DNA from: Lama glama
Taxonomy: Eukaryota
Reading direction: 5' to 3'
Assembly (NCBI GenBank): GCA_028534125.1
Contig: CM052816.1
Span: forward strand, 36,892,001-36,956,000
DNA length: 64,000 bases
Shown: positions 1-12,540 of the stretch, piece after piece
Layout of the letters: each line of letters opens with the position of its first letter
Position numbering within the stretch: position 1 is the first letter of the stretch
Program-made: the position numbers and the translations under genes
The notes under the pieces: model-generated
Told to the model about the DNA's origin: nothing
Seen by the model: only the letters and a program-made list of their open reading frames with translations
The model's database searches: none

Positions 1-1949
1 ATTTTAGTTTTACATTTTTTCTGGTATATCTAGGTCATTCCACATTATATACAACTTTCTAAAATGTGAACTATGTTAACATATTCTGTTTTGTATATCT
101 GAAATCATTTGAATGAAATAAGATAAAAATATTTAACATAAACTTGTGCATGCTGTCAATTTCCACTATTGGCAATATGAGAGACAAGATTCCCTGACAG
201 ACTCTTGAATTTAATGCAGCTAAATCATGTTTGAAAATAATATGCTATAAAATGACCAAGACAATTTGGAAAATATTAGTGAGAATTGACTAAAATAAAT
301 GCAACAAAAATTGGAAGCAAATCAGTTAATAGCAGTTTTGAATCAAGTTGTAGAGGAAATGTGGAGACTTGAAGAAAGTATTAAATGTGTTAGTAATTCC
401 CAGTAATAATTCATTGTTAAAATAGCAGTAAAAATCATGTGTTTTCCTAAGTCATTAATGGACCTTTGATTTACATATATCTCAGTTAGGAAAACAATAC
501 TATTTTCCATATTTATTAAACAAATTTGAAATGCTAGTAAATGATTAATTTTTATAGAAATTCTACTATTTGCTTAGTTATTTTTTTTTCTAATTTAAGT
601 CTCAATAGGTCATTTTGTCATGACTAACATTCAATTACGAGACAATTTGAGTTGATATTATTTACCATTTGCCATTACTCACATTTCATTCAATTTGTGG
701 GTTCTTAAAAATATTATGTTGTAGTTGTAATCTATAAATGTATAGATCACTGCAAAATTATTCATTAAAGCATAAGCTGTGCTGAAATGATAATGTTAAT
801 AATCATATTTTTAAAATATTTCATGGAAAAATATAGAGGAAAATAGTAAATTAAACTCAGGAAATGCAGACTGTAAATGTGTATGTCCTGGGATAAGGAA
901 ATATATGAAAGAAATATTTCTACACAAGCAATCAGAAGTTGTAAAAAGAGAAAACAGTGTATTTTAAAGTTGTATGCATTAGACCAACTATCTATTCACA
1001 TCATTTTAGAACAAAGCACAGCAATCATTGTTAAAATTATCAATTGTTTTCTGTGAGTGTTTTATTGAAAAATTATGAAATGTTTTCCAGCACAAAATTG
1101 GTAAATTTCTGTCACTAATGTCCGGCAAGAACCTAAAGCTAAAAAAAAAAAAACCAAACATAATTCATCCTACTAATATTGATAATACAAAAAGAAAGTT
1201 CATTTCAGTTATTTTAGATGACCTGCTATATTGTGTAGTCAGGAGTACATTTAATGTATTATATAGAAAGAACCTATAATTTCCCAGATAAAAATCATTC
1301 ATTTTAACATTGAAGATAAGATATCCAGTTGTTTTAAAGCATAAACTCTGATATGAATAATTTGAAAAAAAGGAGTTTGGCTCATTATTTCTTTTTTTTT
1401 TTTAAGACAGTACATTAGCGGTGCATTATTGGGTATATTTTTAAAAAACTCTAAATATGCCAGAGTAATGAGGAGAGTTTTTTCACTGTTTAAATATTGA
1501 TTAATGCTTCTTTAGGCTCTGGCTTGCAAATTGAAATACTCAACATTAAAAATTTTAAATCTGATATGCACATTGTTGGTATGTTACATAAGATTGTTAG
1601 AGATTTTCAAGGATAAACTTCTTATTTTCTGAATCCATATCAAATATTCAGATTCATATGGTAAAGCCACCAAGCACTTGCTGCCATTTCCCAACCTATA
1701 GCTGTGAATTGAGAGTTTAAAATAATTATAAATAGGGAAAGAAAAGAAACTAACTGGATGAAAAATCTGAACTGAAATTCTGGGTCAATCACCAGGACTC
1801 AAAGTGATCACTGAGAGTTCACTGAATCAGCTATATAATCTCTCCCAGAGATAAAAATAATTAGTTTTATCATTATATTTATTATTATATTAACAGAAAT
1901 AATTTTATCCATTTGACTGGAAAACTATTTTTCTAGCACTAAAACTTAC

Positions 1950-2037
1950 CTGCAGTGTGGTTGAGCTCCAAGTCCATACTAAGAAACATTGTGTTGGCCT
2001 CAGCTGCAAAATTTTTAGAAACACTGATCCAAGTGAA
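1950..2037 (-). other. Candidate internal exon (88 nt) of an unidentified minus-strand transcript
   Basis: Minus strand reads ttatatcttcccttttccaccag|TTCACTTGG...CACACTGCAG|gtaagt: pyrimidine-rich acceptor and consensus CAG|gtaagt donor in non-repeat DNA. Two of three frames are open. Peptide not recognised. Confidence 0.45.
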
Positions 2038-2961
2038 CTGGTGGAAAAGGGAAGATATAAATTTGTATAGCATGCTTTATTATTAAAAGTGGAACATTTC
2101 TGATTAATAAATTTTCCATCCCATGATGGAAATAAATTAATAATTTATTATTCTGATTAATAAATTTTCCATCTCATTAGACTATCATTGAAGTCATTTT
2201 TTTGCTTCAAATCTAGCTGTGACTTTGTGTATTATAAGCCTACAGATATATGTAGAACATTAAAGAGGCAATTGACTTCCCCAACTGAAATTTAACTCAC
2301 ATAATGACTGATACAGAGTTTCCCAGACATTTTATTCTTTGTCTGTATCTTTAAAACATGCAAGTTTATTTGAAGTGTAAAGGAAATTTAACTGATCTTA
2401 TAATTTCACAGTGATGTCAGTGTTCTGGTAGAAGAAATATACTTAGTGGCTCAATATAATTCTTTGTTGTGGAAAATAAACCTTTGGAAAAGTGGGACAG
2501 AGTAGATATAAGCATATTATCTTTTAACATAATCAGTTTACTAAATTATGTTGTATGACAATGGCCATGCTTCTAATCTAATGTATGATTTTCCAGAAAA
2601 AATTACCAACAGCAATTTTGTTCATGTCTATGTTATATTTAGACAAGTCAATTTGTTATTATTCTTTGAAGTATATCTATTTTAAATTAACTATATCATG
2701 CACTGAAGAATTATTTCTTAGTGTTAGAGGAAATACTGCATTCTACTTAAGAGAAAGATCAGTAAGAAAATCAGATGTTAAATATTGCTTTCCTAATTCT
2801 CTCAGTTTTCTAAGTTGTAAAAATCAAAATAACAATTGTACATATCTCATATAATTTCATGAGATTTAAATATAATAATAAATACAAATGACATGTAACT
2901 ATATATAATATCAATTGGGATATTCTATGTTAAGCCAATATACCTCAGTACTCTGAGCATT

Positions 2962-4013
2962 ATTATTATTTTTATTGAAGCATAGCCGGTTTACAATGTG
3001 TTCAATTTCTTATGTAAAGAATAATGCATCAGTTATACATTTCCATATATATATTCAATTTCATGTTATTTTTCATTATAGGTTACTACAAGATATTTAA
3101 TATAGTTCCCTGTGCTATACTGAAAAAACTTGTTGTTTATCTATTTTATATTTCATAGTTAATATTTGCAAATCTCAAACTCTCAATTTATCCCTTCCCA
3201 TCCCCTTTCTCCCTAGTAACCATAAGTTTGTTTACTATGTCTGTGAGTCTGTTTCTGTTTTGTAGATAAGTTCATTTGTATCTTCTTTTTTTCTTTTTTT
3301 AGATTCCACATATGAGTGAAATCGTATGGTATTTTTATTTCTCTTTCTGGCTTATTTCACTTAGAATGATGATCTCCAGGTCCATCCACGTTACTCCAAA
3401 TGGCATTAGTTTATTCTTTTTTATGGCTGAGTAGTATTGCTTTGTATAAATATACCACAACTTCTCTATCCAGTCCTCTGTCAATGGACTTTTAGGTGTT
3501 TTCTATTTCTTAACTATTATATATAGTGCTGCTATGAACATTGGGGTGCATATATCTTTTTGAACTTGGGTTACCTCCAGATATGCCCAGGAGTGGATTG
3601 CTGGATCATATGATAAGTCTATTTTCAGTTTTCTGAGGAATCTCCATACTGTTTTCCATAATGGCTGCACCAAAATACATTCCCACCAACAGTGTACGAG
3701 GGTTCCTTTTTTTCCACACCCTCTCCAGCATTTATCATTTGTGGACTTTTTAATAATGGCCATTCTGACTGGTGTGAAGTGATACCTCATAGTAATTTTG
3801 ATTTGCATTTCTCTGATAATTAGCAATATTGAACATTTTTTCATGTTCCTATTGGCCATTTGCATGTCTTCATTGACGAATTGCTTGTTTAAGTCTTCTG
3901 TCTAGTTTTTGGATTGAGTTGTTTGTTTGTTTTGTTATTAAGTTGTATGAGCTGTTAATATATTCAGGTAATTAAGCCTTTGTCAGTCACATCATTTGCA
4001 AATATTCTCTCCC
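2962..4013 (-). mobile_element. LINE-1 3' end (ORF2 C-terminus and 3'UTR), young cetartiodactyl/camelid-like subfamily
   Basis: ORF 3503-3865 translates to the typical L1 ORF2 C-terminus ([26 protein letters not shown]...[18 protein letters not shown]...PMFIAAL). 3'UTR contains gatatttaatatagttccctgtgctatac and ends in an A/T-rich tail at ~2962-2977. Confidence 0.95.
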
Positions 4014-4453
4014 TGGACTTGTCCATGGAAGCCTGAACTCCATCAGCCAGTCCAGCCTGCCCCTGCCCCAGCTCACAACTAAGGCTAGGGATCACAGGGA
4101 ATGTCTGTGCTGGTTTCTTTCAGTTCTGTCTTCCAAGCACCTGCTGTGTGCTCCTCTGAGCCTTGGAACCTCCCTTTCTGTCCCTGCTGACCTCCTTGCT
4201 AGAGAGGGGGTATCCCAGAGTGAGGGCTCTTTTCCTTCTTTGTAGCTCCATCCCCATGGGACAGGTCCAGCATTGATTTCCTTTTTTTTTTTTCTCTTAC
4301 CTATTTTTGTGAGTAATCTTCTTGTATTTCCAAAGTAAGAGATATTCTGCCAAAGTTTAGAGGTTTTCTGTGTGAATTGTTTGGTCTGTAAGTGTAATTT
4401 TTGGTGTATTTATGGGAGAGGATGAGCTGTGACCTTCTACTCTGCCATTCTGG
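4014..4453 (-). mobile_element. LINE-1 5'UTR (promoter end) fused directly to the ORF2 3' fragment
   Basis: GC-richer block. The minus strand starts ccagaatggcagagtagaagg, like L1 5' termini (AAGATGGCGGAGTAG), and joins ORF2 abruptly at 4013/4014. Confidence 0.75.
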
Positions 4454-4719
4454 CAATTACGTTTAATCATGCATAGATCAATATTTTAATAGATATATTG
4501 ATAAAAATACTGATATCTGCAAAAGGATAAGTAGGATAGTTGTCAAATATACAGTTCTTCCATTCAACATCGAACCAGTATTTCTAAATACACCTTTATT
4601 TATGTGTCCACCTAAATATAGAATCATATATAGTTTTTATGTATTTTATTCCATTCTATTTATTTTATTAACAGTAATAGTAATGACTATATTTTGGATA
4701 AAGTATTTTTCATCAGTAA

Positions 4720-7700
4720 GCTTTGAGAAATATGAAGAGGTTACATGAGATGGTCATTCCTACACTAAGAACCAGAAATAACCCAAATAAGCTACAAAAT
4801 TATGACTTTGCAAAATTCATTATAAAATTAATTGCACACACAAATACAAGTAAATACAAATACATTCCAGAAATTCTCAGGTTTTACATAGGCGAGAACA
4901 GACTTGTAACTTTTCCTATCCTTTGTAGAACTCATCAGGAAGAGGTAACCGTAAGAGAAATTGATGAAGAGACACTAGTTGGATTTTAACACCCATTTAA
5001 CAATGGTATCTAGACTGGTGTGGCAGAATGAAATGCAAAGCATCCTGCACAAAATAAATTGCATAATTTATTTCTCACTTGTTGTTCTTCAGTATATGTG
5101 GTGGTGTTGAAGGAAGCAGGAGTACTGACAGAAATCCATAAAAAGCCATCTGAGTCTTCAGCTGTATAAAGGTTCTGAGTAAGTCAGGGTAAGGGAGCAG
5201 AGAGAAATATCTCGAGCTCTCCGGGCTTTCAATGACAAAATACTTAGATGATGGCAAGTAAACTAAGAGACATATTTCTACAAAATGTTGTATACCTCAA
5301 ACTCATACAATGTTATGTGTCAGTTATATCTCAGTAGAAGTGGAGAAAGAAAAAGAACTCTCTTAGCATAGTGCTCTAATCTTACAGATGCTAGGAAGGG
5401 ACAACTAGCCTGGAAGAAATGTACTCTAACAAGAAAACAGAGGGCAGAACTAACATTCAAAGACTTTCCCAGAAAGACAAAAACCTGGAAATGAAGCTGT
5501 AAAGAAGCATAAGATTTTCCACATATTTGATAACTATTTTAACTATGAAACAAGGAAGACCATTGGAATCTCCCTAGTTTTCATATTTCTGGTCCTGGTT
5601 CTACCCTCAAAATGTTTAAAAACAGCTTTGGTCTGAACCATATTAAGGCTGCAGCAAAATTCAGATCCAGATTAAGTAGAGGTTAGATCAACTCAGTCTA
5701 TTGTTTTGAGACAACAAGAAGGAGATCTGTTTTTTGATTGACACTAACATAATTTACTCAAGTCTCCACTATTATTTTTAAAACAACTTTCAGTAGAAAA
5801 ATAAAATATTATAAAATATATTTAAGAAATCAAGAAAATATTACTCAAATTCAAGAGAGAAAATGATCAATAGAAGCAGTCTGAGAAGTGGTCCAAATAT
5901 TAGAATTATCAAACAGGGAGTTTCAAGTAATTTTGTATAAAAAATTATGTATTTGAAACAGCTCAAAAAATGTGTCAAGAGATACACACTTTCAGCAGAA
6001 ATATAGTATCTATAGAAGTAAAATAAATGAAATACTAAAAATAAAAAATGTAATGTCAGAGGGCATAAAACTTCTTTGATAGACTTAAATTCAGGTTCCA
6101 CATAGCTGAAGATGAGAGAGCTTGAAGACCAGAAATAAAAAAAAATATAAATAGAAAAACAGGAAAAACTATTTATAGAAACAATCCAGAGAGTCTTAGA
6201 TCCTTGCAATAGTATCAGTTTAGCATACTATAATTGAAGTCCCAGAAAGAGAAGAGAAGAATATGGGGAAGAAAACGTTATTGCAAAGGAAATGGCTAAG
6301 AACTTTCCAAAACTGATAAAGGATGAAAGCAAATTTAATAAATTCAATAAATTCCAGGCAGGGTTAATAAAGAAAAAGTACACCAAAGAATATAATTTCA
6401 AACTAGTGAAAAGTAAATAGATAGGGCAGATATTAAATGGTGCCAAAGAAAACAAATTGTATCATACGAACAAAAATATGAGTGTTGTTGACTTTCTATT
6501 CAAAGTAAAGTAAAAAGGAGGATAATGAAATGACAAATCTATATTGTTGACCAAAAATTTAACAGTTTAAAAAATTATATTAAATAATTTCACAACAGCA
6601 TCAACTAACTTTAAATTTTGAAAACCATAATTAGCATAAATAAAGAATAACTAAATAAATAGGAAAATATGTTATGCTCATGGATTGGAAGATTCCACAT
6701 TTTTCAGATATAGATTTCCCTAAATGGATTATGGATTCAATGCAATCCCTACCAAAATTACAGTCAGTTTATTGGAAAAAATAGACAGACTCTAAAATTT
6801 ACATAATAATTGAAAGGTTCTAGAGACTCCAGAAGGATCTTGTAAAACAAGAACAAGTAGGAAGAATAAAGTTTAAAAATACATTCACATTTTTATGGCC
6901 AATTGATTTTCAAGTAAGGTGCCAAGCCAATCCAATAGAGAAAAGAAACTTTTTAACAAAAACTAATAGAAAATTAGATATCTATATGGAAATAAAATAA
7001 CTTCACTGTCTCAATCCCTATGCAAAATTAATTTGAGGTAGAGAAAAATAGATTTTTAAAATATCTATGGGAACTTAGCATAGGGAAAGACTACTTGAAG
7101 AGATTTCAACTGCATCTGATATAAAAGGAAAAAATGATAAATTAGACTTTGTTAAAATTAAAAATGTCTGCTCCCTAAAAGTCACCATTAACACATTGAA
7201 TAGTCAGGCTACAATTTGGAAAAAGAATGTGTATGACAAATAATGTATCTGTATAAGGAACTTCTACAAATAAACAATAACATATACCAAACAACCCAAT
7301 TAAATATGGTCAAAAACTTGAATGAACACTTCATAAGAAAAGGCATAAAATTATTATTTTTCAGGGAAATCCTAGGTAAAATACTAAAAATATACAATCT
7401 TACACCCAGCAGAGCAGCTAAATTTTAAAATACATATATTGACAATACCAAATGTTGGTATCAATGTGAAGCAACTGGAACTCTCACAGAGTATGTGAAT
7501 GTATAATGTAAAGTAGGTTTGCAAACTTGTATAATCTTTGGAATAGTGTTTGGTAACTTCTAATAAAGTTAAAAATATATCTACCTTGTGGCAGAGTAAT
7601 TATATTGCTAGATATTCACCACTACCACCACCAATAAAAATGTATACAGATATCTTAAGACTCATACAGATATCTTAATAGCAACTTTATTTATAGTAGC

Positions 7701-8094
7701 CAAAACTGGAAACAACTGATATGTGTTAGTGCTGAATGCTACTCAGCACTAACAAAATAATAATAATATCACAATACATGCAATAGCAATGTGATGAATC
7801 TCACTTTATGGTGAGTGAAAACAGCCAGACACAACAAAATACATATTATGTAGTTCTACTTATAAAATGTAAAATCAGCCAAAATCTATCCATAGCATTA
7901 GAAATGCAAGTATAATTTGGGGGCAGAGAGAGAGTTTATTGAAAAATACATGAAGTAACTTTTTGGGGTGATGGAAATTTTTTATCACACTTTAGGTGGT
8001 GGTTATATACCTATGTAAAACTGGCAAAACTCTTAAACTGAACTTCTTATTTCTGTGTTATTTTATTTTATTATAATGATACATCAGTAAAAAA
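4720..8094 (+). mobile_element. Old, heavily decayed LINE-1 (L1ME/L1M4-like): 5' region, ORF1 remnant, ORF2 3' part, 3'UTR
   Basis: ORF1-like A-rich tract (aattgaagtcccagaaagagaagagaaga...aaatggctaagaactttccaaaactg); ORF2 motifs (tgctcatggattggaagattc, ggattcaatgcaatccc, aattgattttcaagtaaggtgccaag); L1ME-type 3'UTR (taactttttggggtgatggaaa). Confidence 0.85.
5280..5355 (+). mobile_element. Very short L1MA-type 3' tail inserted in the older L1
   Basis: tgttgtatacctcaaactcatacaatgttatgtgtcagttatatctcagtagaagtggagaaagaaaaag matches the terminal L1MA 3'UTR motif; the reverse complement occurs at ~60843-60900. Confidence 0.6.
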
Positions 8095-9231
8095 TATATA
8101 TAAATTACATTCAGAAATATCATACCATGTTAAATTATATAATGCTTTAAGTATAATTCATATAGTACCTTCAATTTTGTAATTTCTTTCTTATATGAAC
8201 AGTTTAATTTCAACCAGGAAAGAGTTTTTTCTCTAAATCTCATAGATGTAGTAGCATTTTAAATTTAACATATTTTTTTCTATTCTTAATTGTTGCAAAT
8301 GACAGGAGAGACATGAGTAAATGAACACTGGTGAATTCTTATCACTGTTAAGAGAGGATAGTGGGGTAAAATGGTAAAATATTTTCTTCTTATTTAGGCA
8401 ATTTTTATTCCCTTTTGATTGCATTTGTTTTAATAGTCTAATAATAAATTTATCAATATTTTACATTAGTTATTTTGCATATGCTATTTAGACATATATG
8501 TATGGTTAAATTATTAGAAATTCTAATATAAGACATTACTAAGATAAACAGATTACCTTAAGGAAAAGCACCTATTTATTCATTAAACACACAACTATTG
8601 ATCACCAGTACTCTCTAGGTCCTTGGAAAACTCATATTATGACAATTCTGACATAAAGACAAAGAAATAAAAAATATTAAGTGATAAAGTGTTTTTAATG
8701 TTTGTTTTGCTTTAGTTTTCTTTTTGTTTGTGTTTTAAATTATGTGCAGTAAACTAAGGAAAGAGGAAAATGACTAAATTCTACAGGCAGGAAGATAAAA
8801 TGGAATTCAAAGTACATAGAAAGGAGACTTGGGAAAAACAAACCAGGAGCAAAGAAATTAAGAATGTGAGCATACTTGATACTAGTAATACTAGCTCTTA
8901 AAAAGTTTACACGTAAAGGCATCTCTTTTCTTTGGAAAGTAATAAGATATAAGATAGCCCAATCTAAGTGAGGCACTGTGATGAGAACACTTCTTGTATT
9001 TTTTCCCCTATATACACAGTCAATTAAAAATCATGGCTTCTAAAGGAGATATTGATATAAAGCTTTTATTCTTCAATGGCCTGTTAAACTGATCAACAAT
9101 GACACTTTTCCTATACATATTTCAGAAATAATACCAGGTAATCATAATTCTTATATGATACTATGGTAAATAACTTTTTTTGAGATTTATGAATCCGTAA
9201 GTATCTTTCTGAAAATCATCTTAACTTTTAA

Positions 9232-11873
9232 GAAGGAAAGAGAGAAAAAGGCAGAGTAGGACAATCCTGGGCTTGTCTCCTCTCAGGACACACCAAAACT
9301 ACAATTATGTATAGAGCAACTATCTCTGAGAATGACTTGAAGATTAGCCAAAAAGATTTTCCATAACTAGGGGTATAAATAAAAAGCCACATCAAGACAG
9401 ATAGGAAGGGCAGAGACACCATCTGGCAAGGATCCATCATGTTGACCCACAGGCAGAAGGGATATCACAGTGGCAGAGATCTTCCCTGAGTAGCAAGGAA
9501 TGAGAACGCTACACTGGGCTCCCCAGCCGGGGGGACCTGCACAAGAAGACAAGCACCCATAACCTCTGATTTTGAAAGCCAGTGGGACTTACATCCTGAA
9601 GAGCTGGAGGGTGATAGGAAACTAAGACTCTGCTCTTAAAAGTGTAAGTGCAAAAACTCACTTGCTGTGAGTCCCAGTGCAGAAACAGCAGTTTCAAAAG
9701 CATCTGGGTCATAAATAAAGGAAGTTCATTGACTACTTTTAGAGCATGAACTGGAAGGGAAGGGATCTGTTGGAACTTTCTCCAGGTGGGGAGGTGCTGG
9801 TATGTGACATTTCTTTTTTTCACCTTCTGCCTTGCTGACCTAGCACTGGTGGGTGCCATTTCTCACTCTTCTCATCTGAGTTATTAGCATGACTTGTCCC
9901 ACCATTATGCTAAACTGCAAAACTGCCAGGGCCACACTCCTCCAGAGTTGCTTTCTGCCACCCTACATCTGGCAGGTGGCCTTAGCCAGCACCAGAGACC
10001 CTCCAAAGCAGACTCCTGCCCACCCACATCAGCAGATAGTTAAAGGACTTCTGAAACAATATTGAGTGTACTAACATTTACATCATAGGGGTCACAGAAA
10101 AATAGATAAAGGAACAGAAAACTCATTTGAAAAAATAACGGAAATGACTTCAATAATCTGGTGACAGAGACAAACATCCAAGTTAAGGAAGCACAGAAAG
10201 TCCCAAACAAGATGAACTCAAAGAGATTCACACCAAGACACACTGTAATTAAAATGCAATCCATATAAAAATATCATTGACTGTCTTCACAGAACTGGAA
10301 CAAATAATCCTAAAATTTGTATGGACCTACAAAAGTCCCCAAATAGCCAAAGCAATCCTGAAAAAGAAGAACAAAGATGGAGGTATCAGGTACCCTGATT
10401 TCAAACTATATTACAAAGATACAGTATTCAAAACAGCATTGCCCTGTCACAAAAATAGACACATAGATCAATGAAATGATATAAGGGTCCCAAAACTTAA
10501 CTCATGTTCATATGGTCAATTAATGACAAAGGAGGCAAGAATATACAGTGGAGAAAGGATAGCCACTTCAATAAATGCTGTTGGGAAAACTGGATAGTTG
10601 CATGCAAAAGAGTGAAACTGGACTACTTTCTTACACCATATGCATTAATAAACTAAAACATGGATTAAAGGATTAAATGTAAGTTCTAAAATCATTAAAC
10701 TCCTGGAAGAAAATATAGGCAGTAAACTCTTGGGCATCCATCTTAATTTTTTGGGGGGATCTGTTTTCACAGAGAAGCAAAAATAAACAAATGAGAATTC
10801 ATTGAACTAAAAAAGAAGGCAACCTACTGAATGGTAGGAGACATTTGCAAATCATATACTCCTTAAGGGGTCAGTATCCAAAATATATAAAGAATTCATA
10901 CAACTCAATATCAAAAAAACAAACAATCCTATTAAAACCTAGCAAAGAACCTGAATAGACATTTTTCCAAGGAAGACTTACAGATGACCATCATGCACAT
11001 GAAAAGATGTTCAACATCACTAATCATCAGGAAAGTGAGAAAAAAACACAATGAGATCTCACCTCACACCTCTTAGAATGACGACTGTTAAAACCACAAA
11101 ATAGAACAAGTGTTGACACAGACGTGGAGAAAATGGAACTCTTGTGCACTGCTGATGGGAATGTAAATTGATGAAGTCACTATGAAGAACAGTATGGAGA
11201 TTCCTTCAAAAACTAAATATAGAACTACCAGCTAATAAAGCAATTCCACTTTTGAGTATATTCACACACACAAAAACCCAAAAAACTAAATTGAAAAGGA
11301 ATATGCACCTCTATGTTTGTTACAGCACTATTTACAATAGCCAAGATAAGGAAATAACCTAAGTGTTCATGTATCCATTGACAGATGAATAGAAAAAGAA
11401 AAAAATATATATATATATTTATAGATAATTACTCAGCCATGAAAAACAACGAGATCTTGCCATTCCCTGCAACGTGAATTGATCTCGATGGCATTAAGCT
11501 AAGCAGTGAAATAAGTCAGACTGAGAAATACAAATACTGTATGATTTCATTTATATGTGGAAACTAAAAAATAAAACAGAAACAGAGTCATAGATACATA
11601 GAACCAACTGGTGATTACCCAATGAGAGTGAAACATTGGGTAAAATTGGTGAAAAGGTTCAAAGGTACAAACTTGAAGTTATAAAATAGGTAAATCAGGG
11701 GATTAATATACAGCATAGAGAACATAGACAATAATACTATAATAACTTTGTATGGTGACAGATGGTTTCTAGACTTGTGGTGATCTTATCATAATATATT
11801 TAAATTTTGAATCACTATGTTTTATACCTGAAAGTACCATAATATTGTATGTCAAATATATTTCAGTTTAAAA
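9232..11873 (+). mobile_element. Internally deleted LINE-1 (L1MA-like): 5'UTR, ORF1 fragment, ORF2 3' part, 3'UTR
   Basis: Starts gaaaaaggcagagtaggacaatcctgg (L1 5' terminus-like). ORF1 piece ~10037-10256. ORF 10277-10474 is L1 ORF2 ([13 protein letters not shown]...[27 protein letters not shown]). 3'UTR runs to ~11873. Confidence 0.92.
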
Positions 11874-12481
11874 CATATATATAAACTGCTAAAATTAAAA
11901 AGTCAATGAGAACATTAACTCTCATAAATATAAATTCAGAAATTTCCTATGACAAATTAATATAAATATTTCTGAATAAAAGTAATTTTGAATGTAGTTG
12001 TGATTAACTGAAAAGTCATTATAACCAGGAGGTTTCATCCAAACATTGTCCTTGACATCTATCATCTTATTAAATCAAGTTTCCATATCTGCTAATTCAT
12101 TGAATGGATATTGTTTGACCTAGGTAATTATAATTGGAAAGTGTTATAATTCCCATGGATGGAGATAAATACACATGCACATATTTTCCTATCTTTGGAA
12201 GGTTACATATACTGTATACATACATATATTGTTGCACTGAATTAATTTATGTCTTTCGGTCTATGGAGAATCATAGGATCAGTCATGAAATGTGTTTAAA
12301 AGTCATGGTCATCAACATGTATTATAGAATATTTACTAAGACTATGAATGTTTTCAGCCAGGACAATTTAAACAAATCTAATCTAATATAATCTTTTGAT
12401 TTTACCAATTTCATTTTACTTGTCTCTAAATGATGTTCTAAAGAAAGTTTCTTCTAATGGTTCTTTTGTTTTCCTGCTCAC

Positions 12482-12540
12482 CTGCACTCATGGAAGGGCA
12501 GGACAGCTTCTATGAATGAAATTGTCTCCTTATCCTTTAT
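12482..12540 (-). other. Candidate internal exon (59 nt) of an unidentified minus-strand transcript
   Basis: Minus strand reads actcttgctattttcag|ATAAAGGATAAG...CATGAGTGCAG|gtgagc: good acceptor and CAG|gtgag donor in non-repeat DNA. One frame is open (IKDKETISFIEAVLPFHEC). Confidence 0.4.

Noticed and set aside
3503..3865. 120-aa ORF as a host gene
   Set aside because: It is the L1 ORF2 C-terminal region of a truncated element. The same applies to 10277-10474, 20152-20340, 57914-58210 and 61080-61316.
9367..9859. Overlapping minus-strand ORFs (61 and 116 aa) as an L1 ORF0-like antisense gene
   Set aside because: They lie in a decayed, GC-richer L1 5'UTR where ORFs of this length are expected by chance; no recognisable protein motif.
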